Assembly: GCF_006345805.1 (NCBI RefSeq)
Contig: NW_021826812.1
Span: 1 to 12,067, forward strand
Length of the DNA: 12,067 bases
Reading direction: 5' to 3'
From: Octopus sinensis
Lineage: Eukaryota
Under the pieces are notes generated by a model. It ran no database searches, was not told the origin of the DNA, and worked only from the letters and a program-made list of their open reading frames with translations. Of the stretch, positions 1 through 9,089 are shown piece by piece (within the stretch, counting starts at the first letter, position 1; each line of letters starts with the position of its first letter). The position numbers were made by a program, and so were the translations under genes.

Positions 1-138
1 GTTGTGTGTGTGTGTGTTGTGGTGTGTGTGTGTGCGTGTGTGTTCCGCATTTATGGAGATATTATGATGGCTGTGTTTTATTTACGAGAAAAATGTACCC
101 CACAAATTTATATATATATATTATATATATAATATATA

Positions 139-179
<41 letters not shown>

Positions 180-220
180 GTGTGTGTGTGTGTGTGTATA
201 TATAATATATAAATATATAG

Positions 221-252
<32 letters not shown>

Positions 253-345
253 CACTATATATATATGTATATATATATAATACACATATATATATATGTA
301 TATATATATATATACGTGTGTATATATTTGTGTATATGTATATGT
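1..345. repeat. Compound (GT)n/(TA)n microsatellite
   Basis: Direct inspection; overlapping ORFs are Y/I/C/V dipeptide repeats. Confidence 0.95.
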
Positions 346-544
346 GCATATATGTGTTTTTTGCACATATATGTGCTTTATGCCAGCGTTATCTGTAGAG
401 CAATTTTAGCATTCTTGGCATTAAATGCTTCCTTACTTTCTTGCCTGTATTAGTAATATTGTCGTTGTTGTTGTTGCTGTTGTTGATCCGTTTTTTCTGT
501 CTCAAAATCTTGTCTTTTATTCATATACACTAGCTAAAGGTTTC

Positions 545-996
545 TGTATATGCGTGTGTATGTATTTGTGTGAGTGTGTGTATGTATGTGTATGTATAAA
601 TATAGATAGGAAGATAAATAGATGCACACATATATACGTACATGCAATATATACATGCATACATGTAATACGTAAATACATACATACAACAGATACATAC
701 ATACATACAGGCATACACACATACTTGCATACATACACACATAAACATATACATACATACATATATACATACATACATGCATACATACATACTCACACGC
801 ATACATACATACATACATACATACATATACATACATGCATGCATACATACATATATGCACACATATACATGCATATACACACATATATACATACACACAT
901 ATATACATGCGTGCACACGTACATACATACGCACACACATACATATATATACATACATATATGTAGACATACATGCATACATACATGCACACACAC

Positions 997-1032
<36 letters not shown>

Positions 1033-1280
1033 ACATACATACATACATACATACATGCATGCATGCATACATACATACATACATACATACATACAGACAT
1101 ACATACATACATACATGCATGCATACATACCTACATACATACATACACAAATACACACATACATACATACCCACATACATACATACACACATACATACAT
1201 GCACACACACATATATACATACATACATTCATACACACATATATACATACATACATTCATACATACATACATACATACAT

Positions 1281-1311
<31 letters not shown>

Positions 1312-1312
1312 T
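545..1312. repeat. Long compound (CATA)n/(CA)n microsatellite
   Basis: Near-continuous CATA/CA units with CATG variants; source of the HTYI/MYVC ORFs. Confidence 0.97.
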
Positions 1313-1743
1313 AACGTATCTACTGAATACGTACCTTAAGTAATGAAATTAGAATCCACCCGTAAGTACACAAAATATAGATACTCAGTACACACATATA
1401 TTATCTTGAAAACTTATATACCCCAAATCGGTTATCGTTTGCCGACGCCATTTCGTTTGCTTTCATCGCTTTTCTAAAAACCCTTACAGATCCTGTTCCC
1501 CTTATTAATTCGTACTTTCTGTAAAGAGAATGCCTTATGAAAGATGGCTTCCATAGCCTAATATATATAGATATATAACATTGGACTGCCAATGTGGCGT
1601 CGGAAAATTTTAGGATTTTTGTCATTTGTAGAATTTTGTGGTCTACTTATGATTGCAGACTCTTTCATTTCTAGCCGAAGATTCGAGAAAGATGAAACAA
1701 AATTTGATGCGGGACATTTATTGTGTATTTTGTCATGATAAAT

Positions 1744-1970
1744 ATGTGTGTCTGTATGTGTGTGCGCGCACTTGTGTATGTATGTATGTATTGTATGTAT
1801 GTATGTATGTATGTATGTATGTATGTATGTATATATATATATATATTTATATTTATATGAACGTATGCATGTATGTAATATAGATATTAGTATATACATA
1901 TGTGAGGTGTATGTATGCGGCGTTATACATATATATTATATATATTATATATACATATATATATTATATA

Positions 1971-2048
<78 letters not shown>

Positions 2049-2183
2049 GTATGTATGTATGTTATAACCGCATACATACACCTCACATATGTATATACTA
2101 TATCTATATTACATACATGCATACGTTCTATATATATATATATATATATATCTCTATATAATATGGTCTGCTATATATATATA

Positions 2184-2224
<41 letters not shown>

Positions 2225-2270
2225 TATATACAGATATATATATGCATATCTATACATACATCACACTATT
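1744..2270. repeat. (TATG)n followed by (TA)n microsatellites
   Basis: TATG array about 1775-1830; near-perfect (TA)n about 1972-2043 and further TA runs. Confidence 0.95.
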
Positions 2271-2559
2271 ATACTAACCAATTTTTGAATAAGATCCACA
2301 TATGGAATGGCTTTTAGTGCATATATATTGCGTATGTGTGTCCCCGTAAAAGTGTGAGTAACTGTGTATGCATGTGTGTATGTATGCATGCATGTATGTA
2401 TGTAGGTATGTATATATGTGTGTCTCTGTATGTTCGATCATAGGAAAAGAATCAAGGCGCGAAGAAGACAAATTGTAACGATTAATGCAAAGAAATATAA
2501 AATATTGAAAACTTTCACTCTTTCCGTCTTCCTCTCTCTTTGTCTTTCTCTTTTTCTGT

Positions 2560-2692
2560 GTGTATGTGTGTGGTGTGTGTGTGTGTACCTTTCTATTTAT
2601 CTATACTTTTGTCTCTCTCTATACCATCTATCTATCCATCTATCTATCTCATTCTCTGTCTATTTGTCTACCAATCAATCAGTCTTTCTACT

Positions 2693-2723
<31 letters not shown>

Positions 2724-2849
2724 CTATCTATTTATATACATATATAAATAAAACATATGCATACATATATACATATATGTACATACCTACATCTATACGT
2801 AAATATACATGCATATATATATATATATGTGTGTGTGTGTGGTGTGTGT

Positions 2850-2893
<44 letters not shown>
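2560..2893. repeat. Degenerate (TCTA)n, then (TA)n and (GT)n microsatellites
   Basis: Direct inspection. Confidence 0.9.
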
Positions 2894-2896
<3 letters not shown>

Positions 2897-3400
2897 TACA
2901 GGACACCTCAAATAAACGTAGAACACAACGAGAAACGAAAACATAAAATCAAACAAGGAAACGGACTTTTTTTAACAACAAAAAACAGAGTACAAGACAA
3001 ACAATACAAGGAATGTTCCCCTTCATCAGCTGCCCCTGGTTCGACTCAATGCGTGTTTCGAAGGTTAGGGCAGAACACGATCCGGACGAAACAATCCTTC
3101 CTGCAAAATGAATTAAATAAAATTCTTTTGCAGAGGTGTAGAAAAAAAAGGGATAAGAACAGGATGTAAAAGCAATACAAATAAATAAAAATACAGTACA
3201 CATAAAGAATAAAAACAGGACAAGGAAACCAACAATAAGGGCTTTTTTAAGCCTAGATGGTGGGAAAATTCGTTGGAACGCAATTCAGAAGATCGACTTG
3301 CTGGAGACAAGAAGAAAGTCGATGTTGACTTGTTGAAAGCAGCGGGCAGAAAGGAAGTTTATTAGTCGGGTCAGCGGCCAGAGAGAGGAGGAGTGAGAGA
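2894..3400 (-). mobile_element. Interspersed repeat fragment, probably the 3' (pseudo-LTR) region of a Penelope-like element
   Basis: On the minus strand a weak coding remnant (RSSELRSNEFSHHLGLK, loosely like the R..E....P.GLN end of GIY-YIG ORFs) is followed by hammerhead core motifs CTGATGA and CGAAAC and a T-rich tail. Resembles an abundant octopus repeat from memory; boundaries approximate. Confidence 0.45.
3018..3079 (-). ncRNA. Candidate hammerhead ribozyme, non-circularly permuted strand order
   Basis: Minus strand reads CGUGU-U-CUGCCC-UAA-CCUUC-GAAACACG-16nt-GGGCAG-CUGAUGA-AGGGG. Core CUGAUGA (3029-3023), GAAA (3059-3056) and GUU triplet (3076-3074); stem I CUGCCC/GGGCAG 6 bp, stem III ACACG/CGUGU 5 bp, weak stem II with G-U pairs. 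Confidence 0.5.
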
Positions 3401-3490
3401 GAGAGGAAAAGATACCAGAAAGGGTGGAAAATAAGGAGAGAGGCAGGTAGAAAGGAAGACAGACAGGCAGGAAGGAAAGGTCCCTGTCTG

Positions 3491-3615
3491 TAACGTAAAG
3501 ACGGATGAAATACCTATTTCTTCTACTACCCACAAGAGGCTAAACACAGAGAGGACAAACAAGGACAGACAAACGGATTAAGTCGATTATATCGACCCCA
3601 GTGCGTAACTGGTAC
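3491..3615 (-). mobile_element. 3' fragment of an octopus-type tRNA-derived SINE (same family as the head at 8946-9089)
   Basis: Minus strand GTACCAGTTACGCACTGGGGTCGATATAATCGAC...TCTGTGTTTAGCCTCTTGTGGGTAGTAGAAGAAATAGG; starts with the GTACCAGTT motif at which the 8946 head ends. Confidence 0.75.
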
Positions 3616-3744
3616 AAAAATAAACATTATTTTCCCTCTTACTGTTTTGTTTCGTTTTGAAAAATAAGAATTTATTTTATGGTCTGTTATTATTTATATT
3701 TAGAATTACATAATCTTTTATGGGAGCACTAAAATCTGGCCGTT

Positions 3745-4077
3745 TCATTCGTTCGGAAGTCGATGGTCACCCTGAACGAGGTTGATCTTCAAGCGACTAG
3801 TGACCATTCTTAAAGTGTGAAAATCTCTCGTAGACTTGTGTTTTGCTCATGGCAGCGTCCTTGTAAGCTGTTGGAAGCATGACAACTGTTTCGTCCGTCG
3901 TGTGCCCCAGCAGAAAACAGAATTTCACGGATGCACGCCCTTCCTTCGTTTCAGCCATCGTAGAAATCGACGAACAGAGTTGAAGCACTGCAAAACAAAA
4001 GCGCACTACGTGGCAGTACGACCTCAGCCGACGACGCCGATCGGCAGACTGATGCCTGAGGGTTGCATCAAGTGCCA
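3745..4077 (-). pseudogene. Mariner transposase 5' UTR plus N-terminal HTH region, decayed and 3'-truncated
   Basis: ATG at 3958: MAETKEGRASVKFCFLLGHTTDETVVMLPTAYKDAAMSKTQVYERFSHFKNGH*SLEDQPRSG*PSTS. Typical mariner paired-like HTH and (G)RP AT-hook motif, with two in-frame stops and then a frameshift. Confidence 0.9.
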
Positions 4078-4278
4078 AAGGGTTGAGATGTGGGCTAGGA
4101 GAGAGTAAGAAGTCCACAGACCAGAAACCAGGAAGTTGGATTTGCAGAAATTTTCTACCTTCTGGGCAGTATGGCTGAGAGCACCATCCTGGGTCCACAC
4201 ATAGTTGCCCTCTGGGTAATTGTCATTCAGCCATGGCAAGACATGGTACCTCAGCATCTTGTAGTCAGCACCCACCTT
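4078..4278 (-). pseudogene. Tc1/mariner-superfamily transposase catalytic-domain fragment, maT/DD37D-like
   Basis: KVGADYKMLRYHVLPWLNDNYPEGNYVWTQDGALSHTAQKVENFCKSNF, frameshift, then FWSVDFLLSPSPHLNPL; matches the QDGAPxH and WPxxSPDLNPLD motifs. Confidence 0.85.
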
Positions 4279-4337
4279 TAAGGCCCTTTGATTCTAGACC
4301 TTGCTTCCACACCTGAAACTTCTAGTTCTGGTAGTGA
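4279..4337 (-). mobile_element. About 60-bp RTE-clade LINE reverse transcriptase fragment
   Basis: Reads SLPEL-(deletion)-KFQVWKQGLESKGLK, matching the W+xxLExxGL+VN segment after the YADD motif of RTE RTs; short, so moderate confidence. Confidence 0.6.
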
Positions 4338-4412
4338 CTAGTTTTGAAAGCCTGGACTACAAGAGGTTTGTCCGACCGAGAACACCTCCAGTTACTTTTG
4401 GGTACCTCTTCG
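4338..4412 (-). mobile_element. Probable mariner 5' terminus (TIR plus start of 5' UTR) belonging with 3745-4077
   Basis: Minus strand CGAAGAGGTACCCAAAAGTAACTGGA resembles TA-CGAGGGGGTACCCAAAA-type mariner termini as I recall them; no partner TIR found in the window. Confidence 0.5.
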
Positions 4413-4459
4413 AACATAAGTGGGAATAGAAAAGTTGGAGGCCATCTTTTTTCTGTCAT

Positions 4460-4540
4460 ATACATGTGAGTGTTTGTGTATGGGTATGTCTGTGTGTGTG
4501 TGTGTGAGAGGAGAGAGAGAGAGAGTGTGTGTGTGTGTGT
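4460..4540. repeat. (GT)n/(GA)n microsatellite
   Basis: Direct inspection. Confidence 0.85.
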
Positions 4541-4544
4541 GATG

Positions 4545-4704
4545 GTAGCAGACATAGTTCATCAGTTTTCAAAGATGAGGACACGAGTTCGATTTCAATG
4601 AATGGCGTCTTGGTCAAGTTTCTTTAACATAGCCTCAGGTCCAACAAAGACAATACAAGCGAGAGAAACTGGGAAAAGGTTCTGAAACCCGTCCAAATAT
4701 ATAT
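4545..4704 (+). mobile_element. Old, diverged CORE-type SINE copy (relative of 8431-8823)
   Basis: GAGTTCGATTTC...TGGCGTCTTGGTCAAGTTTCTTTAACATAGCCTCAGGTCC (4585-4642) aligns by eye to GGGTTCAGTCCC...TGGCACCTTGGGCAAGTGTCTTCTGCTATAGCCCCGGGCC (8482-8540); GAAACTG..AAACCCGTC also matches. Confidence 0.55.
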
Positions 4705-4716
4705 ATACCTGTTATT

Positions 4717-5097
4717 GGAGGCGCAATGGCCCAGTGGTTAGGGCAGCGGACTCGCGGTCATAGGATCGCGGTTTCGATTCCCAGACCGGGCGTTGTGAGT
4801 GTTTATTGAGCGAAAACACCTAAAGCTTCACGAGGCTCCGGCAGGGGATGGTGGTGATCCCTGCTGTACTCTTTCACCACAACTTTCTCTCACTCTTACT
4901 CCTGTTTCTGTTGTACCTGTTTCAAAGGGCCGGCCTTGTCACTCTCTTGTGTCACGCTGAATATCCCCGAGAACTACGTTAGGGTACACGTGTCTGTGGA
5001 GTGCTCAGCCACTTGCACGTTAATTTCACGAGCAGGCTGTTCCGTTGATTCGGATCAACCGGAACCCTCATCGTCGTAACCGACGGAGTGCTTCCAC
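4717..5097 (+). mobile_element. Full-length tRNA-derived SINE with target-site duplication
   Basis: Pol III A box TGGCCCAGTGG (4727-4737), B-box-like GGTTTCGATTCCC (4770-4782); flanked by identical ATACCTGTTATT at 4705-4716 and 5098-5109. Confidence 0.9.
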
Positions 5098-5429
5098 ATA
5101 CCTGTTATTGTAGTTATAATACACCCTTACCATACACTGTGTGTCAAGCTATTTATGCGTAGGAGTTGTGTTAGGGGTAGGTGTGTGTCTGAAGTACCCA
5201 CATTCACCATCAGTACGGTTTAACGCGGGTACCCTGAATTTTAAGAGGAATTTGTTTAATTTATCGAAAAGGTGAAAAACTCATCGTCGCCATCGACGTA
5301 GGCTCTATTTATATATCTCCTATTTATTTATTGTTATTTATTACATATAACATAAATTATATGCAATATGTATATCATATACGGGAGTGAGCGGGAGTTT
5401 TTCATGCATGTATATGAGTGCATTTGCGA

Positions 5430-5721
5430 TGAGTGTGTGTGTGTGTGTATAGTATATTTTAGTCAGCGCTCAAACTGTATGTATGTATGTATGTATGTAT
5501 GTATGTATGTATACATACACATGTACACATGCGTTATATAAGTTGTATGTGTGTATGCACACACAAGTGGATTTAAATATACGTGAACACATACTTTTAA
5601 ATAAACATACACAGCTCACACATATGCGTATATACTATACATTAATACATAAGTATATATGTGTGTATGTCTGCGTGTATCAATAATACATACATACATA
5701 CATACATCATACATACATACA

Positions 5722-5760
<39 letters not shown>

Positions 5761-5890
5761 TGTTAATATATATATATATATTATATGTTATATGTTGTAT
5801 GTATGTATGTATGTATGTATGTATGTATGTATGTATGTATGTATATGTATATATATCACTTCAATATGATATATATATGACACGTGATAC
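5430..5890. repeat. Compound (GT)n/(TATG)n/(CATA)n/(TA)n microsatellites
   Basis: Direct inspection. Confidence 0.9.
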
Positions 5891-6139
5891 TTATGAATAT
5901 ATGTATATATGCTGCGACAGAACAGATCATTGTGTAACATGCGATGAAGCTTGAAATAAGCTTCTACAGCACTTAGAATAATGGAAATAGTAGAGGCTTG
6001 TTTGTTTCAATGTCGTCAAATCACTGAAGCGGAACATCCAGCGTGCGGTGTTCGATACCTCCTTAATGATAGCGCCTTTCATATTTTGTGAACGGTGTGT
6101 TGTGGGAGAGTGGGGGATGACTGGCAGCGGGCGAGGAGG

Positions 6140-6403
6140 GAACGTGTGTATGTGTTGCTGCGTGTGTGTGTGTATGTGTGTATGTAGGTATGTATGCAGG
6201 TAGGTAGGTAGGGATGTGGGTATGGGCGTCAGCAGGCAGAGGAAGAAAATTAAATATATTTACATGCATAACTAAATGGATGTGTCCTCACATATGCGTA
6301 TATATATATATATATGTATACATGCATACATATATGTATTACGTATGTATACGTATGCATATATATATATATATACATATAGAAAGATACATACATACAT
6401 ACA

Positions 6404-6449
<46 letters not shown>

Positions 6450-7192
6450 GAAAAATATAAAGATATATAGAATGATATTATATATATTATATATATATAT
6501 AAAGATATATTACACACGCACACACATACGAATATATATGTGTATGCGTGTATATATGTATATATATATATATATATATATACTATTATATATGGTGCAT
6601 AAAGTTATAGGTTTAGGTGTATATGCATGTGATGCAATAAGATCCTTCGTATATGCACAATTATCTGCATGTGTATATGTATGTATATGTGTGCGTGTAA
6701 GTATGTATGCGTATATGTGTGTGAGTGCGTATGTATGCATGTATATATACATGTATATATAATGTATATTGCACATATATAAATATATATATATGTATAT
6801 ATACATATATATAGATACATACATATTAAACACACATACGTAATGCAAACATACATACATGTACATATACGTCCATAAATAGACGTTCACACACACATAC
6901 ATACATACACATACATACATTCATACATACATACACACATACATACATGCATACATACACATACATACATACATACATACATATATACACACATACATAC
7001 ATACATACATACATTCATACATACATACACACATACATACATTCATACATACATACACACATACATACATTCATACATACATACATACATACATACATAC
7101 ATACATACATACATACATACATACATACATACACATACATACATACATACATACATACATACATGCATACATATATACATACATACACACAC
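6140..7192. repeat. Compound (TA)n/(TATG)n/(CATA)n microsatellite block
   Basis: Direct inspection; long CATA array about 6850-7190. Confidence 0.93.
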
Positions 7193-7389
7193 ATGGCATT
7201 GTGACACCATTTTCAATAGCTGCAATTTTATCCAGTGCAGTGGTGCTGCAGAAATCTTTGCAGAAAATGCACCAGATAGTCAGGTGGTGTTCAGAAATGC
7301 CGACGAGCACGGAGATAACGCGGCATGATTGATTGAGAGAGTCGGAGACAAGGAAAGACGAGAGTAGGAGGAGAGGAAGATAGAGATGG

Positions 7390-7680
7390 TACAGTACGGG
7401 AGTGGGAGGAGAGGCAGGAGAGGGAGACACAGAAGTTTTAGAAAGGGAATGGGAAGAGACAAGGGAGTGGAAGGCACAGAAGGTTTAGTAACGGGAGTGG
7501 GAGGAGAGGAAGGCAGTGGAGGTATGTAGTACGGGTGTGAGTGCAGGAGAGGAAGACACGGAAGGTTTAGTACCGGAGTGGGAGGAGAAGGGGGAGAAGG
7601 CACAGAAGGTATTGTATGAGAGTGAGTGCAGAAGAGGGAGAGGAAGATAGGGAGGGTGTTGTGAGGGAGTGAGAGTGAGG
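7390..7680 (+). repeat. Degenerate purine-rich minisatellite, about 41-48 bp unit, about 6 copies
   Basis: Recurring G(G/A)CACAGAAGGTTTAGTA(A/C)(C/G)GGAGTGGGAGGAGAG-like units. Confidence 0.7.
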
Positions 7681-7800
7681 TATAGTAATGGAAGCTGTAT
7701 CGTCTGCTTCATACAATTTAAGTCGGAATGTCTTACACCTAATGACACTATAGTGGGATTAAAGGTATGGAAGAGAGGGGGGGCATGATTTTGTTCATAT

Positions 7801-8250
7801 TGTGGTGGTGGTGGTGGTGGTTTGTAGTGGTGATGGTAGTGCCGTCGAGAGCGACGGCAGCGACTTTGGCGGTGGTGGTGGTGGTGGTGCTGGTTGATGC
7901 GCTAGTGGTGGGGACGGTGGCGATCGTCGTCATTGCCACCGCCTTTGTGATAGTGGTGTTGATGGTAGTGTTGATGCAGCAAGTTATCGAGGTGGTGGTG
8001 GTGGTGGTGGTGGTGGAGGTGTTAGTGGTGGTGTTAGTGGTGGTATTAGTGGTGGTGTTAGTGGTGGTGGTAGTGGTGGTGGTAGTGGTGGTGGTAGTGG
8101 TGGTGGTCGTCGTGGTCGTGGTCGTGGTAGAGGTTGTGGTAGAGGTGGTGATGGTCGTGATGGTCGTGGTCGTGGTCGTGGTCGTGGTAGAGGAGGTAGT
8201 GGTGGTGGTGGTTGTGGTGGTGGGTATGTTTATGATGGCTGTGGTGGTGA
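7801..8250. repeat. (GTG)n/(GTC)n trinucleotide array
   Basis: Direct inspection; gives the poly-Val, poly-Thr and poly-His ORFs. Confidence 0.95.
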
Positions 8251-8430
8251 GAGCCTCGCTTGCCTCCCTTTGTCTGACATTAAGATGAGATACTTCTTGT
8301 GGCTATGAGTTGCTTTAACTCTTACTTCTGGCAAAACTGGCGCTGACTAGTGCTCTGTTGCTTTAGTGACTTAAAAAATTGTGCCTTTCGGTTGTAAAAT
8401 TGCGAACAAACTACCCTTCTTGTTTATATA

Positions 8431-8823
8431 GCGCAGGAGTGGCTGTGTGGTAAGTAGCTTGCTAACCAACCACATGGTTCCGGGTTCAGTCCCACTGCGT
8501 GGCACCTTGGGCAAGTGTCTTCTGCTATAGCCCCGGGCCGACCAATGCCTTGTGAGTGGATTTGGTAGACGGAAACTGAAAGAAGCCTGTCGTATATATG
8601 TATATGTATGTGTGTTTGTCCCCCTAGCATTGCTTGACAACCGATGCTGGTGTGTTTACGTCCCCATCACTTAGCGGTTCGGCAAAAGAGACCGATAGAA
8701 TAAGTACTGGGCTTACAAAGAATAAGTCCCGCGGTCGATTTGCTCGACCAAAGGCGGTGCTCCAGCATGGCCGCAGTCAAATGACTGAAACAAGTAACAG
8801 AGAGTAACAGAGTAACAGAGTAA
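8431..8823 (+). mobile_element. Full-length CORE-type tRNA-derived SINE (octopus OR-like)
   Basis: A box TGGCTGTGTGG (8440-8450), B box GGTTCAGTCCC (8483-8493), CORE motif CCTTGGGCAAGT (8505-8516), internal TA/TG run, 3' tail of AGTAACAG repeats (8793-8823). Confidence 0.9.
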
Positions 8824-8824
8824 T

Positions 8825-8922
8825 ATATTTGTATATATATATATATATATATAATATATTATATATATGTGTGTGTGTGCGTGTGTGTGTGTGTGTGTTT
8901 GTGTGTGTGCGTGTGTGTGTAT
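8825..8922. repeat. (TA)n/(GT)n microsatellite
   Basis: Direct inspection. Confidence 0.9.
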
Positions 8923-8945
8923 GTAAGAGTAAAAGTATATATTAA

Positions 8946-9089
8946 GGCGGTGAGCTGGCAGAAACGTTAGCACGCTGGACGAAATGCTTAGCAGTATTTC
9001 GCCCGTCGCAACGTTCTGAGTTCAAATTCCGTCGAGGTCGACTTTGGATTTCATCCTTTCGGGCTCGATAAAATATGTACCAGTTGAAC
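8946..9089 (+). mobile_element. 5' portion (tRNA-like head) of an octopus-type SINE, fused to a LINE 3' end
   Basis: GGCGGTGAGCTGGCAG start, B box GAGTTCAAATTCC (9018-9030), ends GTACCAGTTGAAC and abuts the LINE fragment. Confidence 0.85.

Noticed and set aside
3000-3029. Canonical type I hammerhead using the hairpin right after CUGAUGA on the minus strand
   Set aside because: The hairpin is followed by GUAUUG, not GAAA, so the canonical order cannot form.
3084-3096. GGACGAAAC hammerhead-like half on the plus strand
   Set aside because: No CUGANGA with a matching stem nearby on that strand.
4717-4790. tRNA-like sequence with A and B boxes (also at 8431 and 8946)
   Set aside because: No closed acceptor stem, and each continues into a SINE body; these are SINE heads, not tRNA genes.
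5240-5300. TTTATCGAAAAGGTGAAAA, possibly a decayed minus-strand SINE piece
   Set aside because: Too short and diverged to support by eye.
6-7225. Dozens of 60-300 aa ORFs rich in HTYI, MYVC, IYIY or LSIY
   Set aside because: They are translations of (CATA)n, (TA)n, (GT)n and (ATCT)n, which lack stops in several frames; no domain content.
7390-7680. Repeat-spacer-like periodicity suggesting CRISPR
   Set aside because: Units are degenerate with no unique spacers, no cas genes, and the context is eukaryotic.
7738-7757. TGACACTATAG resembling the SP6/T7 phage promoter end
   Set aside because: Only 11 nt match, the upstream promoter part is absent and there is no vector context; chance.
7767-8288. 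173-aa poly-Val ORF and antisense poly-Thr/poly-His ORFs
   Set aside because: Product of the (GTG)n array; no unique coding sequence or splice support.
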